This document shows, piece after piece, positions 13,336 to 28,244 of a stretch of DNA of 64,000 nt. Under the pieces are notes generated by a model, which saw only the letters and a list, made by a program, of their open reading frames with translations, was not told where the DNA came from and ran no database searches. The position numbers and the translations under genes are program-made. The first letter of the stretch is position 1, and every line of letters starts with the position of its first letter. Source of the stretch: Eledone cirrhosa (lineage: Eukaryota); contig CAXHJY010000126.1 of NCBI GenBank assembly GCA_964016885.1, forward strand, positions 2,367 to 66,366, in the 5' to 3' direction.

Positions 13336-15463
13336 ATATATATATATTTTGTCCTTTTGTTATATTAATCCCTCACATCGTTATATATTGCGTATAACAG
13401 CGGGACTCGAGAACCACACAACTTAGTCTATTAAAATAAACACTCCCATATATAACATACATTTCTATAAACTATACTATACTGACTCTGCCTGTCTAGA
13501 TGTTAAGCATTAATGAATAATGAAATGCCTTAGAATCTCATATGTAATTATGAGAAATTAAAATATTCACTATTTGGAATATCAGATTACAAATTTTAGA
13601 TGTTTATTAAAAAATCATTACGAGAAGTTTTCTTCAAGGAGAAGTTGAATGATGAAAAGAAAAAATACAGTGGATCAAATATTGCATATATTAATATAAA
13701 AAAAAACATAAGTCTTTGGCAGCAATTGGCAAAGTTGTTAAAATGTATAATAGAATGTACTGTATTATTCGTTCCGGTTCTCTGCACCCTGAGTTCAAAT
13801 CCCGCTTTATTGACTTTGCGTTTCATCCTTTCAGGATTGATAAAAAAAGGATCAATCCAGCACTGAAGTCGATTCTTCCTTTATATCTTTTTCTCTCTAT
13901 CACACACTCTCTCTAGCACACACACACTCTCTCTCACTCTCCCCTTCTTTGGAAGAAATCGAATGTGTTTAAACCTGGAGAGGGATGGGCTCTGTCAGGG
14001 ATTAAAATATCTAAGAAACACCATGTATGAAGACGCCGCCCTTACAACCCCACCAGGTGTTACGGGTTCCTATCTACATAATAGGTTTACTATGAAACAA
14101 ACTAAAAAGTGGTTATGTAAGAGGAAATGATACTTGCAAAAAGATTTAGGAAATCATGTTTAATATTGCATAGGATGTTCTGTTACTTTCCTATTAACTT
14201 CATTTGAAAAATGTGTGACAGATCTATAGTAGAACTTTAATTAAGCATACATAGCATATCAACGAAGCACTCAATAAGTCGCGAAGTGAGCGCAGGATGC
14301 AATTGGAGGGTGAAAACTAACCTCAAACTGGAGACTTGACCTGAATGTTTGCAGCAATTACGGTTCCCCTAAAGCACCCAAGTGTCAGATCGTATTGTTA
14401 TCCCGGGTAACTGATTAAATTTACCACCTAAAGCGAAATGTGAACTCAGAAAGAACTGGAAACAATTACAGCAAGGTATCAATCTCACTAACAACTCCGC
14501 CAGTCCATTACCTTCAAAGATGACCCTGATGAGATTTGAACTCAATAAATACCGCATGGCATTTCGTTCGGTGTCCTATAACTACAAATGCCTTTCTCTT
14601 GAATAGACATGTAATCAAAGGCGTCCCAATCGTGACCATCTATTTTTTTTCTTTTCTTTTTGTTTGTTTTTTAGCATACCAGTATCTAATACTCTATATT
14701 AAAGTGTGTATTTATATGGAGATTTGGCTGCTATTTCTTGCAGATAGATATACTAAAAGTAAAGCTTCAGAGTATTTATACGTAGGCAGCCTAGGCAGTA
14801 ATGGGTAAGATTCTTATAATGGTTGAAGTGAAGCTTCGATGACCAGATAAAAACCATGGTGTTCAGGTATGTTATTCCTCAGGTACCATTGCCTCTGAGA
14901 TGGGTTTCTATTCAAATAAATATTTGAATTTCGAAAATTAAGGTTGGAGATTTAATTAAAATGGAATGCAATCTAGAATATGATTAACACATAAATATTT
15001 CTTTGCTTTTAACTCTCAATGTTTCATATCCCGGCATCACAATAATCCAAAGTACGCAGGAAACAAGATTTTGAAAGAATCACTTAAGGTTTTATAATAT
15101 TCAAGGCAATAGAATTAACAGATAATGATTTACTAAATTTAAAGTAATTGTATGAAACTGAGATCAGGTAAAATGTATAGTAAACTATTGCAGGAGGAAA
15201 GAACTGCTTAATATTTTATATGTAACAAAGCGACTTCAGAATTCTTAACACTATCCTTTCAGATTTATTTTTCTAATTGCACACTCGTTCAAAGGTATTT
15301 TGTTAAGGAAGACAAGCATTTGCCCAACAAGTCTTCCATCAATGTTGCCGAGGAAAACGGCAGGGAGTGATATCACAGCTAAGCCCCATATTACAGCCAA
15401 ACTGAGAACGTAAAGAATCGGAACAAATACTGGAAAGCATATTTGTTTAGCATTATAATAATT

Positions 15464-15655
15464 GGCGGTAGATTGGCAGTATCGGTAGAGCATCAGACAC
15501 CATGCTTTGCAGCATAGAGTTGTGGCCCTTTGCGTTCTGAGTTCAAATCCCGTCGAGGCTAACTTTGCCTTTCATCCTTACGGGGTCGATAAAATAAAGT
15601 ACCAGTAATGCACTGAGGTAATTGTTGGCCTTGTGCCAAAAGTAGAAACAATTAT
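15464..15655 (+). mobile_element. tRNA-derived SINE (major family)
   Basis: GGCGGTAGATTGGCAGTATCGG (box A) ... GAGTTCAAATCC (box B), conserved core. Confidence 0.88.
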
Positions 15656-16189
15656 AATTGTGTCAATCCATCGATCTGTAGTGGTACTATATTTTATCGA
15701 CCATACCAAGATAGATAAAAGGCAAAGTTGACCATGGTGAAATTTATACTTAGAGCGTAATGAGTCTGAAACCAATTCCGCAAGTCATTTTCCACGACAC
15801 ATTAATGTTTCTATCAACTCGCATTAACATTTCTAATGAACTATCTAAATGTTTGGAATGGTAATACTCTTAGAATTTTGCCAGTTGTAAATCTCTTCTT
15901 AAGAAATGTAAATTGCAATAATATTTACATCCTCCCCCACGCATGACTGTCTGGTAAATGCGTTCGCTGATAGTCATCTATGATATGCACATAATATGAA
16001 ACTGGATTCAAACTCAAAGGTAGTGAGATTCTTATTCACTTTGACACTGGAAATAAATTTACTGTGGTAATCCCTTTTCAAAACTTTGAAGAATAATCAC
16101 ATAGTCCTCAAATATTTATAGAAATATTCTTCCTGAAATTTGAGATATATTTTTTTTATTTATCTTTGATAAATTAAGTAATAGGAATA

Positions 16190-16980
16190 CGTCCCCTCTC
16201 TAGACTCCCTCCACCTGTAGTTATGCCACACTTCCTAACCCCCTTCCGTTCGTAATTTTGCCACCCTTTCTAGCCATGTTCCACCCGTAGTTATGCCACC
16301 CTTCCAAACCTCCCTCTGTCCGTTGTTATGCCACTCTTTCCGTCCGTTGTTATGCCATCCTTTACAACCTCGCTCCGTCCCTAGGTATGCCACCATCTCT
16401 CGCCTCCCACCTCCCGTAGGTATGCCACCCTTTCTAGCCTTTGTCTTTCCGTAGGTATGCCAGCCTTCCTAGCCTCCATTTTTTTCGTAGGGTGGCACAC
16501 TATGGCACTGCCGAGCTTGGGTTGCATACTATGGAGCTGGGGAGCTTCCGTGACACAGTATGGAAATATGGAGCTAAGGTGTCCCCTTGTGTCAATAGGA
16601 AGATAACGTGGACAAATATGGCTCTTTGGAACTAGAGTGCCGCACTATGGCACTTCGGAGCTAGGGCGACACAATATGGACTTGGGGAGCTTCAGTCACA
16701 CTGTATGGAAATACGGAGTTAGGATGAACTCCTGTGGGAAAATATGGCACTTTTAATCTAGCGTGCCGCAGCATGACACTGCGGGGCTAGGGTGGCACAC
16801 TTTGACACTGAGAAGCTTCAGTAAAATAGTATGGAAATATCAAACTAGGATGTCACAGTATGGCAATGGGGAGATAGGGTGGAAAAGTACGGCACGTCAG
16901 AGCTAGGGTGCCGCACTATGGCACTGCTAAGCTAGGGTGGCATACTATGGAGCTGGGGAGTCACCAAGCTCCCTATGGTA
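16190..16980. repeat. Bipartite GC-rich minisatellite
   Basis: 16190-16480: ~33-bp units CCGTAG(T/G)TATGCCACCCTTTCTAGCCTCC; 16487-16980: units GAGCTAGGGTGGCACACTATGGCACT with a longer higher-order period. Confidence 0.85.
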
Positions 16981-17035
16981 ATGGGTAGATAGTGTGGTAA
17001 AATATGGCATTTTGAAGATAGTAATAGTATTTAGA

Positions 17036-17222
17036 TAGCTTCTACTATAGGCACAAGGCCAGCAATTATGGGGTGGGGCGAGTCGATTAAATCGACTCCA
17101 GTGTATTACTGATACTTTATTTTTTCGACCACGTATGGATGAAAAGCAAAGATAACGTCGGCGGGATTTGAACTCAGTGTAAAGGGCCATAACTATGCTG
17201 CAAAACATTGGTGTCCGATGCA
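17036..17222 (-). mobile_element. tRNA-derived SINE (major family)
   Basis: Similarity to other copies. Confidence 0.8.
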
Positions 17223-17422
17223 ATGCGTTGTTAATAGACCAGTTATTCATTGACTGAGAAATTATTATTACCAGGAACTTATGATAAAACAAAAACATGT
17301 TACCTATAACTATTTTTAATGCACAAATGTTTTCAAAATGTGATCCATTAAATTCATAAGAAAAAACTTCATAGATATTAAATATAAATATACTTTTAAT
17401 TGTATTGTGCAACACCACAGAC

Positions 17423-18331
17423 CAGGGGTGGGCAAACGTTTTGGATCGGGAGCCACATTGACTGGATCATGAACACCAGAGGGCAGCACCATTTATTATT
17501 GTATGTAGTATTGTATAGTACTAGATAGTTTGGCTGAAGATGTCACCAATGTGGTAGAGAATAGTATATTTAGAGAGTTATGTTTAGAGTGCTGTAATGT
17601 TGCCACGAGGAACCAGGTTTGGTAGAAAGATATGATAGGAATATCGACAACGACTTTAGCTTGTTTTTACATTATTTATTAACAAAGGTTAAGAAGTGAA
17701 TTAAGCTGGCCTGCCAAGAGAAATGAAATAATTCAATTAAGATTACAAGAAAAAATACGGTCGACTGGCTGAGGCGTTTGGCCAGGCCCGTAGTAATGTT
17801 GTGTCATTACATATTGTTTGTGCTTACGGAGCAAAAGAACAAGTGGTGTTTACCTTAGCATGATCAAGCTGCGAGTGTGAGTTTTCTCAAATCTTCGCGG
17901 GTTATTTCTCTCTCAGAACGCGTAGGGATACATCCTCTTCTCCTGGCGCTGATTGGCTGAGCTGAGCCAAATCACGCACAGAGAATGTATGTGAGCCCGC
18001 GGAATGTAGGTCACTACAATAGTATTGGATATAGTGTGCCAGTAACCTTACTTTTCTTCAGTTAGAATTTAGAAAATATAAAATATAAACTGCATCATTA
18101 TAATACATAAATTAATGAAATGATTAAATACAAAAATCTTGAAAGAAAGTTTTCTTTTAATTTGTGTCTGTACATCACAAAACATTATTAAATATTATAT
18201 ACGACACATACATATACTAAAATGTGTTGATTTTAATATTTTTTTGTTAATTCACCGAATGCTTCCAAGTGCCGCACAAAACTCTTTGGCGGGCCGCATT
18301 TGGTCAGCGGGCCGTAGTTTGTCCACCCCTG
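17423..18331. mobile_element. Non-autonomous hAT-type DNA transposon
   Basis: TIRs CAGGGGTGGGCAAAC / GTTTGTCCACCCCTG, subterminal GCGGGCCG motifs, 8-bp TSD CCACAGAC/CCATAGAC. Confidence 0.85.
17542..18018 (-). mobile_element. Possible LTR remnant nested in the hAT element
   Basis: Minus strand starts TGTAGTGA, contains CCAAT and AATAAA, ends ..CTACCACA followed by PBS-like TTGGTGAC; no TSD found. Confidence 0.4.
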
Positions 18332-19366
18332 CCATAGACTATAGATATTTAAAATTTAAGAATTGATCATTTATTTTATATGAATCATGTACATTTATAT
18401 TTACTTGATTTCGATTTTAGCTTGTCCTACTCTTTTTATACGCTTTAACAGGTTTCAGTAATTAGACTTCGGCTCTGTTTGGGCACTTCTTTATAGATTT
18501 GTTGTTTGTGTAAACCAAAACTAGCAAATTCCTTGGATTTATGGAAAGTTGGTACGGCCTAAATTGCGCACTACTGCTTACTGCTGTAAATCATTCAATA
18601 TGGTACTCAAGTGTGTCTGCTGTTTAATCCCATACAACCATCTGAATAATAAGAGTTCCTAAGATTAACAGATGACCACATATTTTAAAGGTAGCTACAC
18701 TTGATTTAATCAATCTCCATATACATGACTGGTATATATATATTTTTTTATCGATTCTGAGAAGAAAAGGTGAGGTCTGTCTTGGAATGATTTGAACACA
18801 AAACTTCAAGCGACGTAGTATTTCAATGTATTTTGCTCGGTTCATTACTGATTCTACCTCTCTCTATTTCCATCTATTACAAAGATAATACCAACTTCTA
18901 TTAGTATAACAGGAAATGGGAAACAACTTAATGAGAATAATGTACGGTATTTCAGAAATTTGTAGTCTTCAACAATTTCTATTGTCTCCGCATTAAATTG
19001 ATTGACTCCCAGTTTAGAATTATTGTTAACCTCCTCATCTATAGTATTCTATATGGCAATAGCATACGAAGTCTTACTCGTCATTTCATCAGAGACTTAT
19101 ACAGTAGTTTTATGTAAAGTAAGAAGCCTCATGTGATATTTTAGTTTTATTAAAAGATGCAGTATTTATGGTCATTACTAACTCTCTATATCAAAATGGT
19201 GGTATGGACGCCGTTGATTATACATTTATTATCTGTAAGTCAGGAAATGAGAGGAGGGGAAATTCAGATTGAGTGTAACTGTTTTCGGGAGAAATGAAGT
19301 ATTTAAATTAGTGCCGTCTAAGTGGATGTTGATGAGAGGAGGGTTACACAGCCAACTTCTTTAAAA

Positions 19367-19512
19367 TAACTGTTTCTACTTTAGGCACAAGGTCAGCAAT
19401 TACCCAGTGCATTACTGGTACTTTATTTTATCGACCCCGTAAGGATGAAAGGCAAAGTCAACCTCGGCGGGATTTGAACTCAGATCGTAAAGGGACGTAA
19501 CTATGCTGGAAA
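19367..19512 (-). mobile_element. tRNA-derived SINE, 5'-truncated
   Basis: Near-identical core to other copies. Confidence 0.85.
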
Positions 19513-20226
19513 GAATAGTTTAAAATAACGGACGGCATTAAGAGTATAAATGATCAGAAACAGCTTGTGTGTTAAAAGGTGGTTGAAGTGTGGTCATAAC
19601 GGAACCTTTAACAATCAGTTGATTTTGAATTTGGTTTAGAATATGTTTGTATGTAGTAATTGAGAGTGATTCTTGGTGATTCTGGCGGGTTAATGTTACT
19701 ATTGAAAAATTGTAAGATGACTGCTAGAAATACATGTTTAGGTAACGAAATTTTTTTTTTATCATATCTATCTCTAGTAACCCAAGGATGATTTTTTAGA
19801 TTATCAGTAGAGAACCTCATAAGGCTCTTATTCCAGATGTTAGTATGACCGTACTGCTCGAAAAATTATATTTTATGACAAATTTGGGAATCAAATAAGT
19901 ATTTTAATTAGTCAAAAGGACCGGGAATGATAATTTACAATTTTTTCATATACCACGAAAAGAAAGTTTCATTTACGGATCTAACAACACTGAAGCCTTC
20001 AGACGTTATTATGATAAAAGCGAACCCAAGTTACAAGTATTGGATAGATTCACAATGCTAGGGAATTTTTAGATTAGCATAACTTTACAAATATTCAAGG
20101 GTTGGGGTAGACTTCATTTAATGGATATCAGTTTAATATTTGTTGTTCTGCTATTTATCTTCATGTCTACAATTCACTGAGTGGACCTTTTGTCATGGCT
20201 CACTTTGTATTATTTAAGTATTGTAA

Positions 20227-20443
20227 GGGCGATGATTGGCAGTATCGGTAGAGGCTTGGACGCCATGCTTTGCAGCATAGAGTTACATCCCTTTATGAAC
20301 TGAGTTCAAATCCCACCGAGGTTAACTTTACCTTTCATCCTTACGGGGTCGATAAAATAAAGTACCAGCCACGCACTGGGTCGATTTAATCGACTTTCCT
20401 TCCCCAAAAATTGCTGGCCTTGTGCCTATATATAAGAAATCGT
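20227..20443 (+). mobile_element. tRNA-derived SINE (major family, longer 3' variant)
   Basis: Box A/B, core, extra GTCGATTTAATCGAC palindrome in the 3' part. Confidence 0.88.
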
Positions 20444-21678
20444 TATTTAAGTATTGTATTAAAGTGCATCGACTCAGTCCTACAACTCACTGTATCTACG
20501 ACAGCATTTGAACTTAGTACTGCATTAGTAGGCTGTCGTACTCAAAGAAATGAATTATACATTTGAAATTATCTACAGTCTGTCTCAAGCACGGAGGGTC
20601 ATTAAGTCGGTGTTTATCCCGGTCTCTTTTATGTTAAGCGACTGAGAATATATGAATCCCTCTCCTGGACAGGACGTCAGCCCTTCGAAGAGATAAACTC
20701 ACAGCTACTGCAACTATGTATATAGGAACAACGTGGAATGGAGTATGTTTTCTCAAGAATGCAACCCTGTTAATGAATCGAATCCACGACATTGTGATTG
20801 TAAGTCTGGAACCCTAACCACTTCGCTATGCGCTTTCATTTACCATACTTACATTTAGTTAAGTTGGCTGAACTGCTGAGAGTTAACTATAAAAACTCTG
20901 TTGACACAGGCCCAATACCAGAGTACGAACCATTGTTTGTTCGTTCATCTACAGATGCGGATATCTGTGATTCCATATCAGATGAATAGGAAAATGAAAA
21001 TTAGCTGCCAAGAAGAGAAGCGAAGTCTTTCACAATCAGGTAGAATCATTTATATATGATATCGTGTGTCTCAAGTTAATATACAAGGCGTGGGTGAAAC
21101 GATCACTTATTGGGATCGAAACGACGCTATCCACAATCAAAGGATAATGCAATACATTAATTCATTAAGACATTAATATTCAAAAACTATCATCATCTCT
21201 TAAACTTCTTATGAAGTTGCTTGATCTGATACATTAATATAAACTGTACTAATGTTATTGGTAGTACTTGGATGTCAGCTGCAGATTTATCAAAGATCTG
21301 CTGTATTATATTACATAATTTACTGAATTCTAAAAGATATTGATATTACATGGTCATGTTGAATATTCATTTTAGATTATTCGATTATCACTAACTGAAT
21401 TATAATATCTACGACACGAGCTGTTGCAACGATCGAGTCGACTAATGAATTTTCTCTTTACATATATTATATATATCAACATATATGTTTCAAGTTCGTA
21501 CTTTCTCACTGGCTCTGATCTGTTCCTCCACATAGTTAAGTATGGAATATCTTGATGAAGACAAAAGAGAGGAAGAGTCTGAATAAACGGAAGGAAAAAT
21601 AACTTAGTGGCGAAGAAGAGACGTTTCTGAAAGAAAAACAAGGTGTGTGTGTGGTGTAGGGGTTTATTGTTTAATACT

Positions 21679-22109
21679 GGTTTCTTATATAGGCACAAGG
21701 CCAGCAAATTTGGGGGTGGGGAAAGTCGATTAAATCGACCCCAGTACGTTGCTGGTGCTTTATTTTATCGACCTCGTAAAGATGAAAGGCAAAGTTAACC
21801 TTGGTGGGATTTGAACTCGGATCATAATAGGCCGTAACTCTATGCTGCAAAGCATGGCACCCGGCTCTCTAACGATACTGCCAATCCATCGCCCTGTTAT
21901 GAGTTAATAAGGGTTTCTTATATAGGTAGAAGGCCAGCAATTCTCGGGGAGGGGGAAGTCGATTAAATCGACCCTAGTGCGTGACTGGTACTTTATTTTA
22001 TCGACTCCGTAAGGATGAAAGGCAAAGTTAACCTCGGCGGGACTTGAACTTAGATCATAAAGGGCCGTAACACTTGCTGCAAAGCATGGCGTCCCGCCCT
22101 CTACCGCCC
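21679..22109 (-). mobile_element. Two tandem SINE copies (21679-21894, 21911-22109)
   Basis: Both copies are followed by the same CGCCCTGTTATGAGTTAATAA. Confidence 0.85.
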
Positions 22110-23568
22110 TGTTATGAGTTAATAATAACTGAATGAATAGGGGAATCCGGAGATTTTCGCCTTCAGATAAAACATTAAAGGAGAAAGGATCCAATGAAAA
22201 TCCTTCTCCATTTCTCTCGTTCAACATGCTAGAAAATGCAGCTAAAATTCCCTCAAATTACGAATCCGACTATCGGACGAGATTATCATGAAGGTAATCC
22301 TGCAGCCTTCCTGATCGGAAATGCAAACGATTTTCCTGTCTTATAGCTATGGCAAAACTGGTTGTAAAGCAGACACGAGTGAAAGAAATGAAGACAGATA
22401 CATTTCTTTTCGGTCAAGCCCTCATCGATTTGACATGAGAGGGGAAAGAGAAATGTTGCAATCCAATAAACATACTGAAAGGTGGATGGGAAGAGTGAGC
22501 ATGGTTCGTGTGAACGGACTTGCTCTGGGTGTACGCCGGTAGACGATAGTTGAGAGAGGGTACTTGCCCTTAGTGGTCAGTTTGGACTAGGTTTTTACGG
22601 GTTCCTTCATTGTCCCTAGATAGCTAACCCACCTATTAAAGGACAGTTTTTTTGTTGATATTTCCTTATTTGCGTCCCTTTCTTCATCTGGTTTCAAATA
22701 TCGACTTAGACTTTTATCAAATAATCCGTTGCCTTGTGACTGTATTAGAAATCAATGACAGATAGTTTAAAAAATCGGTAGAGCGTCGAAAATATATATT
22801 GCGTTATTTAATAATGTATTTTAATGCTGAGGTCAACTTTGCCTGTCATCTTAACGAGGTCGATAAAATGAAGCATCAGTCAAGAGCGAGGGATCGATCT
22901 TAATGTCCGAAGGGTTAAGAAATTCGCTTCACAAATATTAGGTCACTGATTCGATCCCAATGTCTGGCATTTTAAAGAATTGTCATTTACCATAACCTCG
23001 AGTCGCCTCTTGCTACGTGAGTGAAATTTCGCAGATAAAAACTGTGTTGAAGCCTGCCGGATCGACTGTACTGTACCTATAACTGAAAGGGCTAGCCTTC
23101 TCATGCGCTTTGTCACACTGAATCTCTCTAAGAACTTCGTTATAGTTGCACGTGTCTGCGGAATATTCAGCCGCTTACACGTTAGTATTACGATCAGGCT
23201 GTTCCAGTGTTCAAACAACCGGAGAATTATTGGTTGGAAACGAAAGAGGTCCAACAAGTTGAGGCAGATATAATCACGTTTAAATATCACCACACATTCA
23301 GAACTCATCGAGAAGTCGGCGCTCATCGGAGTAGAGAGTTTTAAGGTCTCCGCAATTAAATTAACTCGGTAATTGCCTTAAATATGTAATTACATCAACA
23401 CTGTATTTAGTTTAGGGGTACTTCTTCGGTCCTGAAAATATCTGATGTGTCATGGGAGCTTTTATCTTCCTCATGTATAAAGCTTAAGAAAGAAATATTT
23501 CGCGGTTGATATTACCGCATAAATGCACCACTATCTGAATCTAGTGTACAGGATGAGGAAGGCAACAA

Positions 23569-23624
<56 letters not shown>

Positions 23625-24311
23625 TTATATGTGTGTCTCTGTGTGAATGCGTATGTATATTTGTGTGTGTAGCATATTACACAATAGATCAGTTTAGGAA
23701 ATTGCATACGATATTAATTAAGTATATTATAGATGACGTCAAGAATTTAATATATCGTAGAACATATTAATACAATTAATCGTGCCGGGCTTGGTGTATT
23801 GTACGATATGTCATTTTAATTTATTGACATGTCAATTTAACTTAAGGAATTATCTAATACCACTTTCCTCCTCACACCTCTATCCTGCTTTTTCTCTCAC
23901 TGTCTCTTTCTCCCCACATTTCTCTGTTTCCGCCTCTCTCTCTTTCTCTTTCTATCTTTATCTTTCACGGTTTCTGTTCTCTCTCTCAATCTCTCTATTC
24001 CTCACTCTCTCTTCCTCACTCTCCCCCTCTATTCCGCACTCTCTCTTCCTCACTCTCTCCCTCTATTCCGCACTCTCTCTCTCCCTTTTCCTTTACCGTC
24101 CATGTAATTCGCACGACTATTTTGTTGTAATTTTCAATACAGTAATTCTCTACCGTTTACAGTATTTCGGATATACAAATAACAGACAGAACCCATTTAG
24201 AAAGTCAATATAATCGCTTTTGCACTCGACAGTCGCTATCATTTGACATAGGGAAACATTGGATAAGGAAGAAAACTAAATGATAAATGCTATATATATA
24301 TATATAATACA

Positions 24312-24416
24312 TATGCAGTATGTAAACGGTGATTAAGTAAGCAAAAGCATGTCTACCAGTGAGTCTAAGCTAACCACTCTTCCTAAAGTCTTACTTCACA
24401 TGTCTATGACGTTCTC

Positions 24417-24462
<46 letters not shown>

Positions 24463-24565
24463 GTATGTAAGCGGTGATTAAGTAAGGAAAAGCATGTATA
24501 CTAGTGAGTCTACGCAGACCACTCTTCCTAAAGTCTTACTCATATATCTGTGGTGTTCTCACTTT
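24312..24565. repeat. ~109-bp direct duplication separated by a (TA)n run
   Basis: TATGCAGTATGTAA..GTTCTCACTT at 24312-24420 and 24457-24565, moderately diverged. Confidence 0.85.
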
Positions 24566-26192
24566 CTCTCCCTCTTTGCTCTGTCATACTCCTATTCTTT
24601 TTCTCTTCGACTTCCCCCCATTCTCACCCCCCCCATTCTCACCCCCCTCCCCCATTCTCTCCCTCAATAAATTTCATCGAAGTATTTTCTATATTTCTAT
24701 ATTTACTGTTATACTTGAATAAAGTCAAAATAGTCAGTTATTAAGTACATGCTCTGGAACTAGTTAATTAATTCTATTAACGTTTCTTCTTGTGGCTAGA
24801 GGGATTATAATCCCATTCTATTTTAGAAACATTAAATAAAAATATATTCATTCTTATTCTATATGGTGTCATACGTAATTATTATCATACACTAATTGTC
24901 AAATAACTATACTTTACCAATTGACGGTGAATTAGCAGAGTAATTAGAGAGTAGGGAACATTACTTGTGGTATTTCTTCTGGTTCTCTTCTCTCTGATTT
25001 CGAATCCTGCAGTGATCAAATTTTTCTTTCATACTTTCGGGACTGTTTAAATGATATACGCGCAGTTCAATTGTTTGACACTAACAGAATGTCTTTCAAT
25101 GCTTTTAAAAGGGGGTCACTCGATGGCAAACTTTCTGGGAAGGATTCCGATATGGAAATGGTTTCTTCATTTTCTACCGCCAGTGTCAGAGGTTTTGAAA
25201 ACAGAAGAACCTTGGATGCTGAAGAATCTAATGAAACTAAAAGAGCAAGTGTAGCTCTAACTGTTCCAAAACTGACGACACCTAAACGAGCGAACATCCA
25301 ATCCCTCAACTGTCAGACATCCGAAATTTATTGTAGGAAAATCTGAATTTTATTCTCATACAATTTATGGAGAATTGTGCATTTTTTCTGGTACACCCAC
25401 CTATTCTTTAATACAGTTACATCTATGACCTGGTCAATGACAAGTTTTTTTTCTTTACAATGTTCTTACAACACATGGCGATTAACCTGTCGCTTTATGC
25501 TTGCCTGCTTGGATATCTGAAACGGCTACATGTTGATATAATTCTCAAATAGGCAAATAAATCCAAACGAATTCTATCAGCTTTTGTCTAGTAGTGACAA
25601 ATCTTGGGAAAATGATGCTTCAATGAGAATTAGCAGATTTTTAACAGTGGGGGCTATATTAGTCTCATGTAGCATACAGATTGCATTTTTCATTAACACC
25701 AACCAGCTAATCAACATTGTAAAATGCATACGAGAACGGCTACAGGCAACCTCACGCAGTTTGCTGTCAGAAATTCAATCACAGATGTCTACTTTATTTA
25801 CACATCAAAAGAAAGCAATACCTTCAAAATATTTCCGCATCAATTCAGAAAGCTTTCTTTGACAACAGGGAACCAGACTTGTTACGAAAAGAAGAAACTA
25901 GATGTTGATGATGGTGAAGTTAAGATTATGAAAATCATGATGGTGAAAAAAAAAGAACACAACTAGATGGTTTCCGCATGAATGAGAGGAAAGTGGTGTA
26001 GTTGGGAAAGATGAAAGCAGTACAAACTTAAATGCACACATACATATACAAATGTGCACACACACATAAGAGTGCATGTAAACATGTATACTTATAAATG
26101 TATGTGCCTCTATAAGTATGAATAATATATATATATATATATATGTATAATATATATATGTATAATATATATATATGTATAATATATATATG

Positions 26193-26236
<44 letters not shown>

Positions 26237-26280
26237 AAGTTAAATAAAAGTCAAATGATTAAAATTTAGCTTCGTTTATT

Positions 26281-26335
26281 ACTGCTATATATATTTCGGT
26301 GACAGCCATCTTTGGCTGTGACCTCTTCAGGCAGT
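26281..26335 (-). ncRNA. Type I hammerhead ribozyme (family B)
   Basis: ACTGC-CTGAAGA-GGTCACAGCC aaagat GGCTGTCACC-GAAA-TATATA-TA-GCAGT. Confidence 0.85.
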
Positions 26336-26530
26336 TTGAATTAGTATGGTATAGACAAGTACATATGTTGTTGAGGTGTATAATATTGTCAATACTCTGA
26401 TATGCCCAGTTCCTTGTTGGGTTGTTAATTCACTGAGAAACTGGAGTCATAGGAAATGAGGCATATCAGAGTATTGACAATATTATACACCTAAACAACA
26501 TATGTACTTGTCTATACCATACTAATTCAA

Positions 26531-26585
26531 ACTGCCTGAAGATGTCACAGCCAAAGATGGCTGTCACTGAAATATATATAGCAGT
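26531..26585 (+). ncRNA. Type I hammerhead ribozyme (family B, mirror copy with weakened stem II base)
   Basis: ACTGC-CTGAAGA-TGTCACAGCC aaagat GGCTGTCACT-GAAA-TATATA-TA-GCAGT. Confidence 0.75.
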
Positions 26586-26729
26586 AATAAACGAAGCTAA
26601 ATTTTAATCATTTGACTTTTATTTAACTTTATTTTACACTAATCCGGAGTAACTAAACCAACCTGCGCACTTTGTCGAGTGCTCCAGCCTGCATACTGAG
26701 CTGTTGGTATACAACCAACAAATTCAAAA

Positions 26730-26731
<2 letters not shown>

Positions 26732-26776
<45 letters not shown>

Positions 26777-26886
26777 AATATATATATATATATATATATG
26801 TATAATATATATATATATATGTATAATATATATATATATGTATAATATATATATATATATATATGTATAATATATATATATATATG

Positions 26887-26959
<73 letters not shown>

Positions 26960-27109
26960 AATATATATATATATATATATATATATGTATAATATATATA
27001 TATATATATATATATATGTATAATATATATATATATATATATATATATGTATAATATATATATATATATGTATAATATGTATAATATATATATATATATG
27101 TATAATATG

Positions 27110-27145
<36 letters not shown>

Positions 27146-27650
27146 AATATATATATATATGTATAATATATATATATATATATATATATATGTATAATAT
27201 ATATATATATGTATAATATATATATATATATATATGCATTATATATATATATGTATAATATATATATATATATATGCATTATATATATATATGTATAATA
27301 TATATATATATATATATATGCATTATATATATATATGTATAATATATATATATATATATATGCATTATATATATATATGTATAATATATATATATATATA
27401 TGCATTATATATATATATGTATAATATATATATATATATATATATGCATTATATATATATATGTATAATATATATATATATATATGTATAATATATATAT
27501 ATATATATATGTATAATATATATATATATATGCATTATATATATATATGTATAATATATATATATATATATGCATTATATATATATATGTATAATATATA
27601 TATATATATATGCATTATATATATATATGTATAATATATATATATATATG

Positions 27651-27711
<61 letters not shown>

Positions 27712-27912
27712 AATATATATATATATATGTATAATATATATATATATATATATGTATAATATATATATATATATATATGTATAATATATATATATATATA
27801 TATGTATAATATATATATATATATATATGTATAATATATATATATATATATATGTATAATATATATATATATATATATATGTATAATATATATATATATA
27901 TATATATATATG

Positions 27913-27954
<42 letters not shown>

Positions 27955-28001
27955 AATATATATATATATATATATATATATGTATAATATATATATATAT
28001 G

Positions 28002-28074
<73 letters not shown>

Positions 28075-28170
28075 AATATATATATATATATATTATACAT
28101 ATATATATATATATATATATTATACATATATATATGTATATATATATACAATGCATATATATATGTATAT
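26732..28170. repeat. TA-derived satellite with ATGTATAAT and ATGCATTAT interruptions
   Basis: Directly visible. Confidence 0.95.
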
Positions 28171-28244
28171 CACGATTTTTAGCCATTTTGAAATGAATTC
28201 TTGGCGCGATCGTTTTGGAAAATTTAATGTCTTGATATGAGCGA

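Larger units (their letters stand above)
26231..26731. mobile_element. Fold-back mini-element (family B) in TA satellite
   Basis: Inverted arms 26231-26406 and 26460-26636, one-sided tail 26637-26731; homologous single copy at 59415-59737. Confidence 0.9.
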
